Positions 62,430 through 64,000 of a DNA stretch of 64,000 nucleotides are shown one piece after another. This stretch comes from Verrucomicrobiota bacterium (GTDB taxonomy: Bacteria; Verrucomicrobiota; Verrucomicrobiia; Limisphaerales; UBA11320), in NCBI GenBank assembly GCA_016199985.1, contig JACQFQ010000011.1, forward strand, positions 28,168-92,167, given 5' to 3'. Position 1 is the first letter of the stretch. Every line of letters starts with the position of its first letter. The notes under the pieces are model-generated. The model worked only from the letters and a program-made list of their open reading frames with translations, searched no databases and was not told the DNA's origin. The position numbers and the translations under genes are program-made.

Positions 62430-63320
62430 TTACTTCCTCGAGCTCCCCCACCCGCGGACGAACCCGATGCACTGGGCCACGTCAGGCACGGAGTGATCCC
62501 AGTTGTTCTCATACTCCAGCGAGATGTTTCCTTCGAAACCCTGGCGTTTCAGCTCCTGAAGGCATTGGGAAATGTCCGAGACTCCAGTCCCGAACACCTG
62601 GTCGGGAAGGTGCGACCCGATCGTCGCGCGCTCCTTCAAGTGCGTGCTGATGATCCGTCCCTTGAGTATGCGAAGGCACTTGACCGGCTGTAGTCCTGAA
62701 CTCGCCCAGTGGCCGGTGTCGGCGCAGGCGCCGATCCGCATGTCGCGGCCCTTCAGCATGCCCGCGAGGTAGACGGGATCCCATATCTTGTAGTTGGGGT
62801 TGCCCGGGTTCTTCGCGTGTTCGTGGTAGGCCACCTTGATGTCGTATTCGCGGACCAGCTTCTCGATGGTGTCGAGGGCGTCCAGCGACTCCGTCGTGAC
62901 GGCGTAGAGCCCCATCGTCTTGGCGAACTCGAAAACCTTCCGAGCCTCGGCTTCGTCCTTGGAGATCCCCACCACGCCATAGTTCACCGCCTTGATCCTA
63001 TGCTGGTCGAGCTTCGCCTTGACCTTCGCGACGACCTCGGCGGGAGAATTGTGGTCCCACTTGATGGTCGGCTCTTCCTTGCTCAGTCTCTGCCCGGGGA
63101 AGAACTCAATGATCCTGCCGCCCGCCTGATCGGTCTTCTCGATGGCTTCGAAGACGGTGAAGCGATTGAAGGTGTAGGCCTGGCATCCGAGGGCAAATCC
63201 CGCGATCTTGAAATCGTTGGGGATGGGATTCGCGGCGTTGAGGGAGGGCGTCAGTCCCGGCGTGGCGAGAACCACGATGAGGCTGAGGAGCAGGGTTCGA
63301 GGGAGAGGTTTGAGGCGCAT
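62430..63320 (-). CDS. Secreted sugar phosphate isomerase/epimerase (xylose-isomerase-like TIM barrel) family protein
   Basis: Start at ATG 63320 gives signal peptide MRLKPLPRTLLLSLIVVLATPG. The body AGFALGCQAYTFNRFT...YHEH...GACADTGHW...HLKE is typical of this TIM-barrel family. Confidence 0.8.
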   Translation of the reverse strand: MRLKPLPRTLLLSLIVVLATPGLTPSLNAANPIPNDFKIAGFALGCQAYTFNRFTVFEAIEKTDQAGGRIIEFFPGQRLSKEEPTIKWDHNSPAEVVAKVKAKLDQHRIKAVNYGVVGISKDEAEARKVFEFAKTMGLYAVTTESLDALDTIEKLVREYDIKVAYHEHAKNPGNPNYKIWDPVYLAGMLKGRDMRIGACADTGHWASSGLQPVKCLRILKGRIISTHLKERATIGSHLPDQVFGTGVSDISQCLQELKRQGFEGNISLEYENNWDHSVPDVAQCIGFVRGWGSSRK

Positions 63321-63516
63321 AGTGATGATGATCTTCACAGACGGACCCTGAGGTTGGCAAATTCGGAACGATTTATTGCAAAACCGTCTCTTGTCCCCGC
63401 GGGACGGCCATGCTAAGGGTGATTCGTTCATTCGTGAATCTGGCTGAGCCAGCCGCCGCGCAAGCTTTTCCCGGAGGCGATCCGGGCGGCCCTCAGTCAT
63501 TACAGAGCGTAAGACT

Positions 63517-64000
63517 ATGAAATCTCGAAGCCTCCTGCCTCTATTATTTGCCCTTCCCTGGGCCTTGTCCTTTCTCAGCGCCGGCCCCAGCCAAGCGCAG
63601 ACACTCCCACCCGAGCACGACGTCGTCTCCATTACCGTCGTGGACGCGGAAGCGGTTGAACCGCCGATTCTCCCCCCCGGCGTGGGCGCAGCCATCAAAC
63701 CGAACACCGCGAGCTTCAAGATCTCTCGCGTTGGACCGATCGATTTCGATCTCCCAGTCCGCTACCGAGTGGACGGCTCGGCAAAGAACGGAGAGGACTA
63801 CCAGCCGCTCTCCGGCCTGATTGTCCTTCCCAGGGGCGAAAGCTCGGCTCTGCTCGAGGTGACGCCCTTGGCTGATTCGTTGGTCGAAGGCACGGAGACC
63901 GTGGCCATCATCCTGGAGGCGCCGATCTGCGTCGCGATTTTTCCGCCCCTCCGGGAATGCTATGCCCTGAGCGATCATTCGGCGGCCAAGGCCGTCATCC
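63517..64000 (+). CDS. Secreted Calx-beta domain protein, N-terminal part (3' end outside window)
   Basis: ATG 63517 gives signal peptide MKSRSLLPLLFALPWALSFLSAGPSQAQ. Then comes the Calx-beta pattern ...FKISRVG...VRYRVDGSAKNGEDYQPLSGLIVLPRGESSALLEVTPLADSLVEGTETVAIIL. The frame stays open to the window end. Confidence 0.6.
   Translation, partial: MKSRSLLPLLFALPWALSFLSAGPSQAQTLPPEHDVVSITVVDAEAVEPPILPPGVGAAIKPNTASFKISRVGPIDFDLPVRYRVDGSAKNGEDYQPLSGLIVLPRGESSALLEVTPLADSLVEGTETVAIILEAPICVAIFPPLRECYALSDHSAAKAVI

Overview
High-GC chromosomal segment that looks like a PVC-superphylum (Verrucomicrobiota-like) genome, judged by eye; no GC values were computed. I can support about 50 CDS and found no rRNA, tRNA or CRISPR.

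Ordinary genes include a secreted beta-propeller/phosphoesterase, the H+-pyrophosphatase hppA, ruvC, a YaeQ-like protein coupled to an L,D-transpeptidase, and a TIM-barrel isomerase / DapA-family lyase / MFS transporter cluster. Further along are an ECF sigma / anti-sigma / RDD-membrane-protein operon, addB-addA, a GNAT acetyltransferase, an aldehyde dehydrogenase, large secreted hydrolases, an orphan EboE-like TIM barrel and polA.

The centrepiece is a 12.6-kb tightly coupled type II secretion-like operon (16.8-29.4 kb). It is followed by a histidine kinase and a sigma-54-dependent response regulator. Its unusual points:
- The secretin appears split into two signal-peptide-bearing polypeptides, with the break inside an N-domain.
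- Gly/Phe-rich low-complexity tracts recur in four envelope proteins, including a 20-Gly tail on the GspJ-like pseudopilin.
- A candidate sigma-54 promoter with phased TGCGCA sites lies upstream.

Two visibly lower-GC islets look horizontally acquired:
- 6.9-11.25 kb carries a DUF2235/Tle1-like lipase, a convergent small lipoprotein, and a protein made of seven exact 46-aa GcrA/Myb-like HTH repeats plus a decayed eighth repeat beyond its stop codon.
- 44.2-46.3 kb carries orphan immunity-type small genes: a DUF6883 fragment, DUF4926 and a frameshifted Imm50-like gene.

A ~200-bp hairpin-containing MITE/REP-like repeat occurs twice in inverted orientation (5.6 kb and 32.6 kb) and brackets 27 kb. 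All homology calls come from motif recognition by eye, not database searches.
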